A DNA stretch of 64,000 nt from Candidatus Zixiibacteriota bacterium. Lineage in GTDB: Bacteria; Zixibacteria; MSB-5A5; UBA10806; 4484-95. The notes beneath the pieces were generated by a model that did not search any database, was not told the origin of the DNA, and saw nothing but the letters and a program-made list of their open reading frames with translations. Shown one piece after another: positions 44,439 through 55,924 of the stretch. The DNA lies in contig JBBIRK010000001.1 in the NCBI GenBank assembly GCA_037441845.1, forward strand, positions 32,001-96,000. The letters are read 5' to 3'. The stretch's first letter is position 1, and every line of letters starts with the position of its first letter. Made by a program: the position numbers and the translations under genes.

Positions 44439-46103
44439 ATGATGAGACGATCACAAAAAATTACGCTTGCCCTGATTGCCGTGTTGATTCTGCTGGCAAT
44501 TTACGGCCTGTACCCATCGGTTGTTTTTCACTCGATGACTTTCGAGGAAAAGGCGGCTCTCGAGAAAGCCGACCCGCAGAAATTCCGCAGCCTTCGCGAT
44601 AAAGCATTGAGGCTGGGACTCGATTTACGCGGTGGGATGCATATCGTACTGGAAGTGGAAAAGCCGGAAAGCGGCGGCACCGGCGACGTTCAGGAGCGCG
44701 CCCTGGAAATTATAAGAAACCGCATAGATAAAATCGGGGTCACCGAGCCGTTGATTCAGAAATCGGGGACTAACCGAATCGTGGTTGACCTGCCGGGATT
44801 CACGGATATCGAACAGGCAAAAAAATTGATCGGTGAAACCGCCCAGCTTCAATTCAAGCTGACGTTATCTCCTGAAGAAGCCCAATCGTATCTGTTGAAA
44901 ATCGATTCGGTGTTGGCCTCGGCCAAAAAAGAATCGCCCGCGGACACTCAGGCCGTTAAAAAGTCGGGATCGGAAATCGATACAACGACTAAAGCAATAA
45001 TGGACATGTTCAAACAGGACACTTCGAAACAAGCCGCTGAGCAGGCAGTCGATGAAGAAACGGAGCATCCATTTACGTCGTTGATCGATGAAAACACCGG
45101 CGTGGCATTCGGAATTCCGATGACCGATTACGAGGAAGCGAGGAGATTGCTCGAAAAGCCTGAAGTAAAGGCGATTTTGCCGCCCGAGGTACAATTGAGC
45201 TGGGCCACCCGACCCTATTACCGGGGCGACAGGGCTTATCAGGCGCTCTATTTTTTGCGCAATCGGGTCGAGATGTCGGGTGAACATCTGGTTGATGCGC
45301 AACCGTCATTCGATCAATTCCGTCGCCCGATAGTTCGATTCGAACTCGATAAAAAAGGAGCATCGAGATTCGGCGCGTTGACCGTTGCAAATATCGGCAA
45401 ACCGCTGGCGATCGTATTGGATGACCGAGTCGAATCAGCTCCGGAAATCAGAAGCCGCATTCGGGAAGCCGGCCAAATCGAACTGGGCGGAAACGCCGGC
45501 TGGGATGACGCCAGATTGTTGGCGGTGGTGCTGAAAGCGGGTGCTTTGCCATCGAAAGTCAAAATAATTCAGAATTCGGTGATCGGCCCGTCTCTGGGTC
45601 AGGATTCGATAAACAAAGGCCGAATCGCTTCGATTGTAGGATTGATGCTGGTGATGGCGTTCATGGTATTCTATTATCGCTTGTCAGGGGCGATCGCCGA
45701 TGCGGCTCTGATAATAAACCTGATATTAATTCTGGCATTCATGATTATACCGGGAATCGATGCGACGTTGACGATGCCCGGAATCGCGGGGATAATTTTA
45801 ACGATGGGAATGGCGGTGGATTCCAACGTGCTGATATTCGAGCGAATCCGGGAAGAACTGCGAACCGGTAAAACGGCGCGCGCCGCGATCGACGCCGGTT
45901 ATTCGCGTGCTCTATTGACGATTATCGATTCCCACGTGACGACGTTGATCACGGCGTTGTTTTTATTCATGTTCGGAACCGGCCCGATCAAGGGTTTCGC
46001 GGTGACCCTGTCGGTGGGGATCGCCTTATCGTTATTCACCGCTTTTTTCCTGACAAGAATGATTTTCGATATTCGCAAACAATACAAGACTCTCAGCATT
46101 TAG
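44439..46103 (+). CDS. secD: Protein translocase subunit SecD
   Basis: LGLDLRGG, RNRID..GV.EP, LAIVLD, GALP, GPSLG, LT.PGIAG.ILT.GMAVD.NVLIFERI.EE, TI.DS.VTT, GP.KGFA.TL. Confidence 0.96.
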   Translation: MMRRSQKITLALIAVLILLAIYGLYPSVVFHSMTFEEKAALEKADPQKFRSLRDKALRLGLDLRGGMHIVLEVEKPESGGTGDVQERALEIIRNRIDKIGVTEPLIQKSGTNRIVVDLPGFTDIEQAKKLIGETAQLQFKLTLSPEEAQSYLLKIDSVLASAKKESPADTQAVKKSGSEIDTTTKAIMDMFKQDTSKQAAEQAVDEETEHPFTSLIDENTGVAFGIPMTDYEEARRLLEKPEVKAILPPEVQLSWATRPYYRGDRAYQALYFLRNRVEMSGEHLVDAQPSFDQFRRPIVRFELDKKGASRFGALTVANIGKPLAIVLDDRVESAPEIRSRIREAGQIELGGNAGWDDARLLAVVLKAGALPSKVKIIQNSVIGPSLGQDSINKGRIASIVGLMLVMAFMVFYYRLSGAIADAALIINLILILAFMIIPGIDATLTMPGIAGIILTMGMAVDSNVLIFERIREELRTGKTARAAIDAGYSRALLTIIDSHVTTLITALFLFMFGTGPIKGFAVTLSVGIALSLFTAFFLTRMIFDIRKQYKTLSI

Positions 46104-46119
46104 GCGGCAGGGCTTCAAT

Positions 46120-47052
46120 ATGATAGAGTTGATCAAGAATCCGAAACTGAATTTCGTCGGCGTGCGCCGATATGCGTTTATTTTTTCGGGCTTTTTGTTG
46201 GCGTTAGGTATCCTCGCTTTCGTCATGATTTTATCCGGCAAAGCCAATCTCGGAATCGACTTCTCGGGTGGAGCGATGTTGCGCGGCAATTTCGAATCGC
46301 CCGTTTCGATTAACGATCTGCGTTCAGCCCTGGCGGCCGAGGGGCTGACAGATGCCGAAATCCAGGCAATCTCAGGAGAGAATATCCCGCCAAATTCGTT
46401 CGTGATCAGGACCAAAGGCGAAGGAATAGCTACAGCCGATTCATCGCTTGCCGATGCGATCACCGCAAGATTGCAAAAACGTTTCGCCGGAAACCCTTTT
46501 CATGTGGACAGCATCGATGATATCGGCGGCGCAGTGGGACAGACCTTGCAACGCCAGGCGCGATTGGCCGTCTTGCTTTCGATGATCGGAATTCTTATTT
46601 ACATTTGGATCCGTTTCGATTTCAGATTCGGCGTTGCGGCCACGGTCGCCACATTTCACGATGTTCTGGCCGTGCTGGGAATATATTACCTGCTTAACAA
46701 AGAGATTTCGTTGCTTCTGGTAACCGCGATTCTTACCATAGCCGGTTATTCGCTTACCGACACGGTAGTGGTTTTCGACCGCATCAGAGAAAATTTAAAA
46801 CATTTCCGCAAGCGGGGTGATTTCGCGGGAACGGTGAATCTGTCGATCAACGAGGTTTTGTCCAGAACCCTGATCGTTTCGGGCACCACCCTTATGGCGA
46901 TAACCTCGCTTTTGATATTCGGCGGCCCGGTCTTGCGCGATTTTGCTCTGGCGCTGCTTTTTGGTGTGATAATAGGAACTTATTCATCTTGGTTCGTGGC
47001 CAGTCCCATTGTGGTCGAATGGGAAGCAAGAAGGCCTCGACGTTTCAAGTAA
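46120..47052 (+). CDS. secF: Protein translocase subunit SecF
   Basis: GIDFSGG, YI.IRF, HDV, LTIAGYSL.DTVVVFDRIRE, SRT...GT, GTYSS.F.A.P. Confidence 0.96.
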   Translation: MIELIKNPKLNFVGVRRYAFIFSGFLLALGILAFVMILSGKANLGIDFSGGAMLRGNFESPVSINDLRSALAAEGLTDAEIQAISGENIPPNSFVIRTKGEGIATADSSLADAITARLQKRFAGNPFHVDSIDDIGGAVGQTLQRQARLAVLLSMIGILIYIWIRFDFRFGVAATVATFHDVLAVLGIYYLLNKEISLLLVTAILTIAGYSLTDTVVVFDRIRENLKHFRKRGDFAGTVNLSINEVLSRTLIVSGTTLMAITSLLIFGGPVLRDFALALLFGVIIGTYSSWFVASPIVVEWEARRPRRFK

Positions 47053-47067
47053 TCGCTCTTTATTCCC

Positions 47068-47106
47068 ACCCCGTTTTCCGGAATCACGGGATACGGGGTT
47101 TTTTTG
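47068..47106 (+). terminator. Rho-independent terminator after secF
   Basis: ACCCCGTTTTCCG-GAATCA-CGGGATACGGGGT followed by a T run. Confidence 0.85.
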
Positions 47107-47219
47107 TTTCAAAATTGAACGCCGATAGGCGCCCGGGGGCGATAATCCCGAAAGAAATCAACTCGGTCGAATTGATGACGATTTTGGATTAAAAGTATCT
47201 TAATCCTGGGAGATTGCTT

Positions 47220-47771
47220 ATGAACGAAAACATGAAAATAATGCTCTCTCCGGCCGGGGCGGGAATCGCTATGATCTGCTTTTTTCTCCCCTGGGTGGAG
47301 TTTTCATGCGGCGAACTTCGGCAAAACATGTCGGGAGCGGAAATCGGCGGTATTTTTTGGGTGGTGTTCGCGGCGGCGGTTTTGATCCTGCTGGCCTATT
47401 TTTATTTCCGCAATTCCGATGAGCTGGCCAAAGCTCGTCCGGTGGTTCTATTGTGTTCACTGACGGCGCTGGCGATTCTGTCATACAAATACTTGGATTT
47501 CAAGTCCGGAGCGCAGGATGGAATCGCCGGTTTGAATCAGCTTTCACAAATGGCCGGTATGCAGCAATTCGAGAACGGCCAGGAAATGCAGATTCCAGAG
47601 GTCGGCATAAAAATAAAAATCGGCGGTTACGGCACCATAGTTGGTTTCGTTCTGGCTTTGGTCGGTGGATTCATGCTGGGCGGCGGCGACGATTCGCGGC
47701 CCACAAAAAAGGCCATAATTTCATATTATCAAACGGCCGATACCAGAGAAAAAAGCGGAACCCCCACTTGA
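47220..47771 (+). CDS. Hypothetical membrane protein (4 TM)
   Basis: Hydrophobic helices with FFLPW...C.....SG and G.G.Y patterns. SD GGGAGA before ATG 47220. Confidence 0.7.
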   Translation: MNENMKIMLSPAGAGIAMICFFLPWVEFSCGELRQNMSGAEIGGIFWVVFAAAVLILLAYFYFRNSDELAKARPVVLLCSLTALAILSYKYLDFKSGAQDGIAGLNQLSQMAGMQQFENGQEMQIPEVGIKIKIGGYGTIVGFVLALVGGFMLGGGDDSRPTKKAIISYYQTADTREKSGTPT

Positions 47772-47850
47772 TTTTTCGATGATTTGGATAATATGAACGA
47801 TCTGTTAAATCGCCACCCGTAAATATATTTCGTCGGGTCGAATTCACCCT

Positions 47851-47887
47851 AATAAAAAACCGGCCGCACCGGGATATGCAGCCGGTT
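47851..47887 (-). terminator. Rho-independent terminator for the minus-strand beta-barrel gene
   Basis: Minus strand AACCGGCTGCA-loop-TGCGGCCGGTTTTTTATT. Confidence 0.75.
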
Positions 47888-47915
47888 GATTTATCTTGGG
47901 GCTGTCGAGCGCGCT

Positions 47916-48527
47916 TTAGTATCGAGGCGGCGGCGTAATCCCTTTGGAATTAAAAGAAAATTTCATAGCCACATGGAAGAAGTCGAAGTTGTACTCCACG
48001 CCGGAATTGTCATCGGCTTTTCCCATATTATATCTGAACTCGAGCTCATAGATTATGTTGGCCAACGGGTCGGAGCATATACCGATCCCGCCCTGGACGA
48101 ACATGCCCCGCTGCATCTTTTCATCGGTTGAGCCGTTGATCATCCAACTATGCTTATACGGAGTAAATATGCCTCCTCCGCCCAATAGGTAAATCTTTCC
48201 GGTGGAAACATCGAACACGTTCAGACGTCCGAGACCGCCGATTTGAGTGAAATTGTAACTAATATGGGCTTCGGTCGCGGGTTGATCGGTGGTAAATCGG
48301 TTATATCGTATCGAGGGACCGAACGAAAAATGTCTTACAATAGTGTAACGTAATTCGGCGCCGATACAAACACCGCCTCCGGCGGCGAATGCGGTATCAT
48401 TCGAAAAATCGCCGAGCGCCGAGGCGAGTCCCAAATCGAAACCGAAAACGAATGAACCGGCCTTTTGACAATAGGCCGAACCGGGGATCAATAGGGCCAG
48501 TGACAGAATCAGGATACATTTTCTCAT
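47916..48527 (-). CDS. Outer-membrane beta-barrel protein (OmpA/OmpW-like, about 8 strands)
   Basis: Signal peptide and alternating amphipathic strands (IGAELRY, YLLGGGG, YELEFRY, VAMKFSF). SD GGAAGGAG. Confidence 0.72.
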   Translation of the reverse strand: MRKCILILSLALLIPGSAYCQKAGSFVFGFDLGLASALGDFSNDTAFAAGGGVCIGAELRYTIVRHFSFGPSIRYNRFTTDQPATEAHISYNFTQIGGLGRLNVFDVSTGKIYLLGGGGIFTPYKHSWMINGSTDEKMQRGMFVQGGIGICSDPLANIIYELEFRYNMGKADDNSGVEYNFDFFHVAMKFSFNSKGITPPPRY

Positions 48528-48809
48528 CGCGTCTCCTTCCGCAAAAAATCAATCTCTCCCCGTTCGGTCTGCAATATATCAATTTATAGAGGGCGCACAA
48601 GTGTTTTTTGGCTTATTCAGCTAATCTTTGATCACTCGACAGTGGGAGTGATTATCGGGCCGCCGCTTGCACAAGGCTGTTTGGGAAATGGGTGATTTCG
48701 ACATATTTCACGATCGGAATTTCTTGCTTTATTAGCCGGCGCCGCAAGTACCTCTGACATCTGGCTTTGTCGATCGACCCGTCATAGTTTTAGCCTGGGT
48801 TTGTCCGAA

Positions 48810-49337
48810 TCAAGTGATTTCAAACTCCCACTTGCACCAGAACCTGCCGTTATACTCATCAGGCGGGCAGGCTATGCAACGGGTGACGATCCGGGGATCG
48901 ATAGTGCGGGCGAATTCGGTATATTCGACTAAGCCGACCTCTTTGCAGGGGAACGGGGTAAGCCCTTTACGGCGCCTGGCCTCTTGCACGCGGCAGGCTT
49001 TCATGACGAACACCGCCTTTTTGTCGTCGGCGCTAACGATCTCCTGTTCGTTGATGAGCGCGTAAAGCCTCTCCCCCAAGGCGGCGACCAACGCTTTGAT
49101 TCCTCCACCCGGCTGGATTCCCAGCCTTTCCATGATTCTTTTGGCCTCCAGCGGCGAAAATCGGCTCCAGGCGAACTTGTCGATCTCTATTGCGGTCTGT
49201 ATGCCGAATTTCTGCTCCACTCCCAAGAACCAAAGGCCGTCGTGGGCCAGCCATAGTTTGGCGAAATCGACCAACTTCGCATTCAGCATCTTGTCGCCCA
49301 TACCTATAACCTCTCCACCAGCTTGTGCTCGTGTCAT
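48810..49337 (-). CDS. DUF6125-like Cys-rich protein (possible metal/ligand-binding fold)
   Basis: W.A.DGLWF..VE..FG...A...D...W, C.VQ.AR...G...FPC..VG...Y..FA..I, C..CPPD....C.W.F. Start is 49337 (overlapping the ALDH stop) or 49301. Confidence 0.7.
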   Translation of the reverse strand: MTRAQAGGEVIGMGDKMLNAKLVDFAKLWLAHDGLWFLGVEQKFGIQTAIEIDKFAWSRFSPLEAKRIMERLGIQPGGGIKALVAALGERLYALINEQEIVSADDKKAVFVMKACRVQEARRRKGLTPFPCKEVGLVEYTEFARTIDPRIVTRCIACPPDEYNGRFWCKWEFEIT

Positions 49338-50788
49338 AACTTAGTTTTGTCGCCAGGAATTCTACCGGCGTTGTTAAGCACCATTATTTTCAATTCGGTC
49401 ATTTCCTCGATAGCGTATCTGATTCCTTCGCGGCCGATCCCGGAGTCTTTGATTCCCCCATAAGGCATGCTGTCCACTCGGAAAGAGGGAACGTCGTTTA
49501 TTACCACGCCGCCGGTTTCGATAATATCATAAGCATAAAATGCATGATCGAGATTGCGGGTGAACACCCCGGCCTGAAGCCCGAATCGGCTGTCGTTGGC
49601 GATTGCGCATGCTTCGGTGAAATCGGTGAATGGTTGCATGGTAGCGGTCGGCCCGAAAACTTCCTCGCAACTCACTTTCATATCGGGGCCGATATTTTCC
49701 AGCAAAGTGGCCTCGACACAAGATCCGACCCGCCGGCCGCCTATCAGCACTCTTGCGCCGCGGTCTGCCGCCTCCTTGATCCAGCTTTCGACACGTATCG
49801 CATCGGCCTCGGTAATCAACGGACCCAAAAAAGTATCGTTTCGCAACGGATCGCCCATTTTCAGCAGGCTGATTCTCCCGATTAAAAGCGATTTGAGCTT
49901 TTCGTAAATATCCGCATGGGCGATTACCCGCTGCACGCTGATACAACTTTGGCCGGATTGGTAATAGGCGCCGAACACTATCCTTTCGGCGGCATAATCG
50001 AGATCGGCGTCGCGATCGACGATACAGGCGGCATTCCCCCCCAACTCGAGCGTTACGCTTTTCTTGCCGGCAATCGATTTCAAACGCCAGCCGACCGCAG
50101 CCGACCCCGTGAAAGATAGGTGCTTGATTCGATCGTCGACGACCAGCATTTCCGCCTGGGAGCCCGCACAGGGCAGGATGCTGAAAGAAGTTGGGGGGAG
50201 ATCGGTCTGGGAGATAATTTCCCCGAGCATAATCGAGGTAATCGGGGTTGTCGAGGCTGGTTTCAGAACAAACGGACAACCACATGCGATCGCCGGCGCT
50301 ATTTTATGCGCCGCCAAATTCACCGGAAAATTAAATGGCGTTATGAAAGCGCAGGGACCGACTGGAAATCTTTTGCTTATCGCTTGGTAGCCAGCCGATC
50401 GCGCCGAAATATCCAGGGGAAGTAACTCCCCGTATATTCTGGTCGATTCCTCAGCGGCGATGCGGAAAGTTTCGGTAGCCCGGGTGATTTCGCCATAGCC
50501 GTCTTTAAGCGGTTTTCCCACTTCTATAGCCAGCACTTCAGCGAATTCGTCTTTACGTCTATCGATTTGCTCAGCTATGCTATACAGCACCGCTTGTCTG
50601 ACATACGCGGGCAGTTTCCGGGTGATCGTAAAGGCCGATTCGGCCGACGAAATCGCTTGATCGAGCAAACGGTCGTCCGCAGCGGCAACGCCGGCGGCTG
50701 TTTTGCCGCTGTACTTGTTGCTGACCTCTATCCGGGTATCTGTCCAGACGGGCTTACCGGCAAGATAACATGGATATTCCGATTTCAT
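49334..50788 (-). CDS. NAD(P)-dependent aldehyde dehydrogenase
   Basis: ITPFNFP, KPA..TP, FTGS..VG, LELGGN, GQSCIS (catalytic Cys), EEVFGP, PYGG.K.SG.GREG. Confidence 0.94.
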   Translation of the reverse strand: MKSEYPCYLAGKPVWTDTRIEVSNKYSGKTAAGVAAADDRLLDQAISSAESAFTITRKLPAYVRQAVLYSIAEQIDRRKDEFAEVLAIEVGKPLKDGYGEITRATETFRIAAEESTRIYGELLPLDISARSAGYQAISKRFPVGPCAFITPFNFPVNLAAHKIAPAIACGCPFVLKPASTTPITSIMLGEIISQTDLPPTSFSILPCAGSQAEMLVVDDRIKHLSFTGSAAVGWRLKSIAGKKSVTLELGGNAACIVDRDADLDYAAERIVFGAYYQSGQSCISVQRVIAHADIYEKLKSLLIGRISLLKMGDPLRNDTFLGPLITEADAIRVESWIKEAADRGARVLIGGRRVGSCVEATLLENIGPDMKVSCEEVFGPTATMQPFTDFTEACAIANDSRFGLQAGVFTRNLDHAFYAYDIIETGGVVINDVPSFRVDSMPYGGIKDSGIGREGIRYAIEEMTELKIMVLNNAGRIPGDKTKL

Positions 50789-51151
50789 AAAGACTTCCTT
50801 GAAATTCCGATCATATAAGCCATAATAAGCAGAGGCATCGAGGTTGTAAACCGAAAAATATAGTCGCATTTTTCTTAATATTATGGTAACAGTATAATAA
50901 CATTTATGCGGCCGCTGGATGGGCGATATAGTGCCGCGATATCAGATTCGAATAAAATCGGCGAGAGAATCGATCAGTATGGGCAGCGACAGGTAAACTC
51001 GGATTTGTTTAAACTATATTGAAACTCAAATTCGCAATGAAAAGATGTGCCTGATTGTGAATAAATTATTTTGCTATAATTATATAATATTCTATTATGT
51101 TGATATTTAATATAATGTAATCATGGTTCCATATTATTATATAAAATAAAT

Positions 51152-51196
51152 ATGAGAAATATTTCACTTGACATGGGGTAATACCGATAGTATTAA
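51152..51196 (+). promoter_or_regulatory. Promoter of the hydrogenase operon with an overlapping Rex/CRP-like inverted repeat
   Basis: TGAGA-AATATT-TCACT (51153-68) abuts TTGACA (51168-73), then 17 nt and TATTAA. Lies within a very AT-rich tract. Confidence 0.5.
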
Positions 51197-51369
51197 TAAG
51201 CAGACACAGTCAAAAGACAAAACGGAAATAAACAATGTTTCCTCTCACCAAGAACCGCCGATCAGAGCTTCATATCGCCATGCTTGGCTATGCAGCTTTA
51301 TATCTATCCCCTGACCGAAAAGGCACATGTTCAAACCTGATGCCGCCGAGACGCCAAAAAGGATAATTT

Positions 51370-52533
51370 ATGTCGAAACTCAACTCTTTGGACGACCCGA
51401 AATTATTTCTCGACAGCAAACAGCTCGGTAAATTGATCAAACTGCTGGCTGAAAACGGCTACGATGTAATCGGCCCGGTATGCCGCGACAACGCCATAAT
51501 CTATAACCATATAGACGATGTCAGCCAGTTGCCTCGGGGCTGGAGCGATCAGCAGGGTGCCGCCTACTATCGGCTCAAAAAAGACCAACATGACCTATAT
51601 TTTAACTACACGGTCGGCCCGAATTCGCTGAAAACTTTTCTGTTCCCGCCTTTTATTGAACTGTGGCAGGCACAGAAGAAACCCGGGGGCATAAAGATAA
51701 ATTACAATCACGACAAAATAAAGAAAACGGCCGTGATAGGTCTCAGAGCTTGCGAGTTGGCCGCCTTGGCCGTCCACGATCGGGTCCTTACCAAAGATAA
51801 ATACAAAGATCATGATTACGAACAAAGGCGAAAAAATATTTTCATTATCGGAGTCATTTGCACCCGCGCCGGCGGAACCTGCTTTTGTGTTTCTATGGGG
51901 ACCGGGCCGCAGATAAACTCAGGATACGATATTGCGCTAACGGAAATAAAAAGAGGCGATTCGCATGGTTTCGTCGCCGAGCCGGGTTCGGAAAAAGGGC
52001 GGTCGATTTTAACGCTTTTGCGGGCGCGCCGGGCTAAACAGGACGATCTTAATGCCGCCGCCGAGGCAATCTCCCGGGCTGAGACGGGAATGCAATTGAG
52101 CCTTGACACCAAGAGCATTCCGACACGGCTGGCTGTAAATGTGGAAAGTCCCCATTGGGATAAAGTGGCCGAGCGCTGTCTGGCATGTTCTAACTGCACT
52201 ATGGTCTGCCCTACATGTTTCTGTACCACTGTTATCGATTCGACCGATTTGACCGGCATGACGGCATCCCGCAGCCGCAAATGGGATAGTTGTTTCAGGC
52301 TCGATTATTCTTACATTCACGGCGGCAGCATCAGGCAATCGATAAAATCGAGATATCGCCAATGGCTGACCCATAAGTTGTCATCATGGGTCGATCAATT
52401 TGGAACATTCGGCTGCGTCGGTTGCGGGCGATGCATAACATGGTGCCCGGTGGGAATAAATATGGTGGAAGAGGCGAAAGCCGTAATCGAATCGGATAAA
52501 AAAACGGAAAGCTTAATTAAGGTAGAGGAATAA
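51370..52533 (+). CDS. Group 3b [NiFe]-hydrogenase (sulfhydrogenase) beta subunit, 2[4Fe-4S]
   Basis: RACEL, C.....CFC..MG.GP, CLACSNCTMVCPTCFC, R.WDSC, GCVGCGRCITWCP.GI. Confidence 0.9.
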   Translation: MSKLNSLDDPKLFLDSKQLGKLIKLLAENGYDVIGPVCRDNAIIYNHIDDVSQLPRGWSDQQGAAYYRLKKDQHDLYFNYTVGPNSLKTFLFPPFIELWQAQKKPGGIKINYNHDKIKKTAVIGLRACELAALAVHDRVLTKDKYKDHDYEQRRKNIFIIGVICTRAGGTCFCVSMGTGPQINSGYDIALTEIKRGDSHGFVAEPGSEKGRSILTLLRARRAKQDDLNAAAEAISRAETGMQLSLDTKSIPTRLAVNVESPHWDKVAERCLACSNCTMVCPTCFCTTVIDSTDLTGMTASRSRKWDSCFRLDYSYIHGGSIRQSIKSRYRQWLTHKLSSWVDQFGTFGCVGCGRCITWCPVGINMVEEAKAVIESDKKTESLIKVEE

Positions 52534-52538
52534 ACATT

Positions 52539-53015
52539 ATGGAAACTTTGGAGCCGTTGCTCGCGGAACACCCGTTTTTCAAAGGTCTCGAGCCGCACCA
52601 TATCAGGCTGCTGGTCGGCTGCGCCTCGAATGTAAGATACAATCCGGGCGAGTTCCTATTCAGAGAGGGCGAAGAAGCCAATAAATTTTTCGTAATAAGA
52701 TACGGCAAGGTCTCGGTCGAGGTCTATCAGCCGCAGAAGGGGCCGATCACCATTCAGACCCTCGGCGAGGGTGACGTCCTCGGCTGGTCGTGGCTGGTAA
52801 GCCCTTATCAATGGCGTTTCGATGCGAGAGCGATGGAATTGACCAGAGCGATCGCTCTCGATGGCAAATGCCTCAGAGGAAAATGCGAGGACGATCACGG
52901 CCTTGGTTACGAATTGCTGAAAAGGTTCGCCGGCATGATCGCCGACAGGTTGGAAGCCACAAGAGTGCAACTGTTGGATATTTATGGCACGCACTGCGGC
53001 AAAACCAAAAAGTAA
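52539..53015 (+). CDS. Stand-alone cyclic-nucleotide-binding domain protein (no HTH)
   Basis: L..HPFF.GL, GE.LFREGE.A..FFVI..G.V.V, L..GD.LGWSW, FDARA. Ends before any HTH. Confidence 0.88.
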   Translation: METLEPLLAEHPFFKGLEPHHIRLLVGCASNVRYNPGEFLFREGEEANKFFVIRYGKVSVEVYQPQKGPITIQTLGEGDVLGWSWLVSPYQWRFDARAMELTRAIALDGKCLRGKCEDDHGLGYELLKRFAGMIADRLEATRVQLLDIYGTHCGKTKK

Positions 53016-53853
53016 AATCGGCGAGACCGATAACCAGTTCGTACCCCGGCAGTGGGTCATCGAACGGAATGCGCGGGAAACGCATGACACTTTCACGATC
53101 ACGCTCAGACCCCGCGATGGTAAAATCGGCTGTAATTTCGCATGCGGCCAGTTCAATATGCTTTATCTTTTCGGTACAGGCGAGGTCCCGATATCGATCA
53201 GCGGCGATCCGTCGCGGCCCGAGAGACTGATACATACTATTCGCGCGGTAGGGACGGTTACTCAGGCGATGGCAAGACTGAAAACGGGAGATATAATCGG
53301 CGTGAGAGGACCTTTCGGAATAGGCTGGCCGGTCGAGGAAGCAAGCGGGTATGATTTGGTGATAATCGCCGGCGGGATCGGTCTTGCGCCGCTGCGTCCG
53401 GTGATCTATCAGGCACTTCAAAAGCGCAGCGATTTCGGCCGGGTGGTGCTGCTGTATGGATCACGCACCCCCGACGATCTTCTTTACCGGCGTGAACTCG
53501 AAAAGTGGCGGGCGCGCCTCGATGTGGAGGTACTGGTGACGGTCGATCGAGCCTTGAGCGACTGGCGAGGAAACGTGGGCGTTGTAACCAAACTGATAGC
53601 CAAAGCCGGATTCGATCCTTTGCATGCGATAGCCATGGTCTGCGGACCGGAAATCATGATGCGGTTCACCGCAACCGAACTTTTGGCAAGAGGGGTTCCC
53701 AAAGAAAATGTTTATCTTTCGATGGAAAGAAACATGCGTTGCGGGATCGGGCTGTGCGGCCATTGCCAGATGGGACCTACTTTTATCTGCAAGAGCGGTC
53801 CGGTTTACCGATACGATTATATCAAAGATATGTTGACCAGGCGGGAGATCTGA
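52984..53853 (+). CDS. Group 3b hydrogenase gamma subunit (FAD/NAD(P)-binding, [2Fe-2S])
   Basis: GQF.ML...[50 protein letters not shown]. Confidence 0.92.
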   Translation: MARTAAKPKSKIGETDNQFVPRQWVIERNARETHDTFTITLRPRDGKIGCNFACGQFNMLYLFGTGEVPISISGDPSRPERLIHTIRAVGTVTQAMARLKTGDIIGVRGPFGIGWPVEEASGYDLVIIAGGIGLAPLRPVIYQALQKRSDFGRVVLLYGSRTPDDLLYRRELEKWRARLDVEVLVTVDRALSDWRGNVGVVTKLIAKAGFDPLHAIAMVCGPEIMMRFTATELLARGVPKENVYLSMERNMRCGIGLCGHCQMGPTFICKSGPVYRYDYIKDMLTRREI

Positions 53854-53855
53854 TT

Positions 53856-54627
53856 ATGACCGCGAAAAGAAAACCTCGGCTGGCGGTGTGGAAATTCGCC
53901 TCCTGCGACGGCTGTCAGTTAAGCATTCTTGACTGCGAGGACGAACTGCTGGCGGTGGCCGAACATATCGAAATCGCCAATTTCCCCGAGGCCTCGAGCG
54001 CCGTGGCCAAGGGACCTTACGACATCTCGCTGGTCGAGGGGTCGATAACCACGCCGCATGACGCCGAGCGGATACACGCCATCCGTAAAATGTCGAAAAC
54101 GCTGATAACCATAGGCGCATGCGCAGTCTCTGGCGGAATTCAGGCGTTGCGGAATTTTCAGGAAGACGTGAGCTGCTACGTGAATATCGTCTACGCCAAT
54201 CCGGACTATATCCGATCGCTGAACAAATCGACGCCCATCGACGACCATGTGCCGGTGGATTTCAAACTTCGCGGCTGCCCGATAAACAAATACCAGTTGA
54301 TGGAGGTGATAAACGCTTTCCTGAATTCGCGCAAGCCAAATATCCCCGCGCACAGCGTATGTATGGAATGCAAGATGAAAGGGGTAATCTGCCTGATGGT
54401 GTCGGCAGGAATCCCTTGCCTGGGACCGGTGACACATGCAGGCTGCGATGCGCTCTGTCCGAGTTACAATCGGGGATGTTTCGGCTGTTATGGTCCCAAA
54501 GAAACCCCGAATACGAAATCGCTGGCCGACCATTTCTCGAAAATCGGGCTGGACAACCGGGATATCATGAGGCGATTCCGCGGTTTCAACGCCTATGCCG
54601 AGGCTTTCCGAAAGGAGAGTGAAGCCC

Positions 54628-54638
<11 letters not shown>
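53856..54638 (+). CDS. Group 3b hydrogenase small (delta) subunit
   Basis: [47 protein letters not shown]...RGCFGCYGP. Confidence 0.93.
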
Positions 54639-55917
<1,279 letters not shown>

Positions 55918-55924
55918 GTGAACC

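Noticed and set aside
53505..53855. Extended small-subunit ORF overlapping the gamma subunit gene
   Set aside because: Off-frame shadow. ATG 53856 follows SD GGGAG and matches the family N-terminus.
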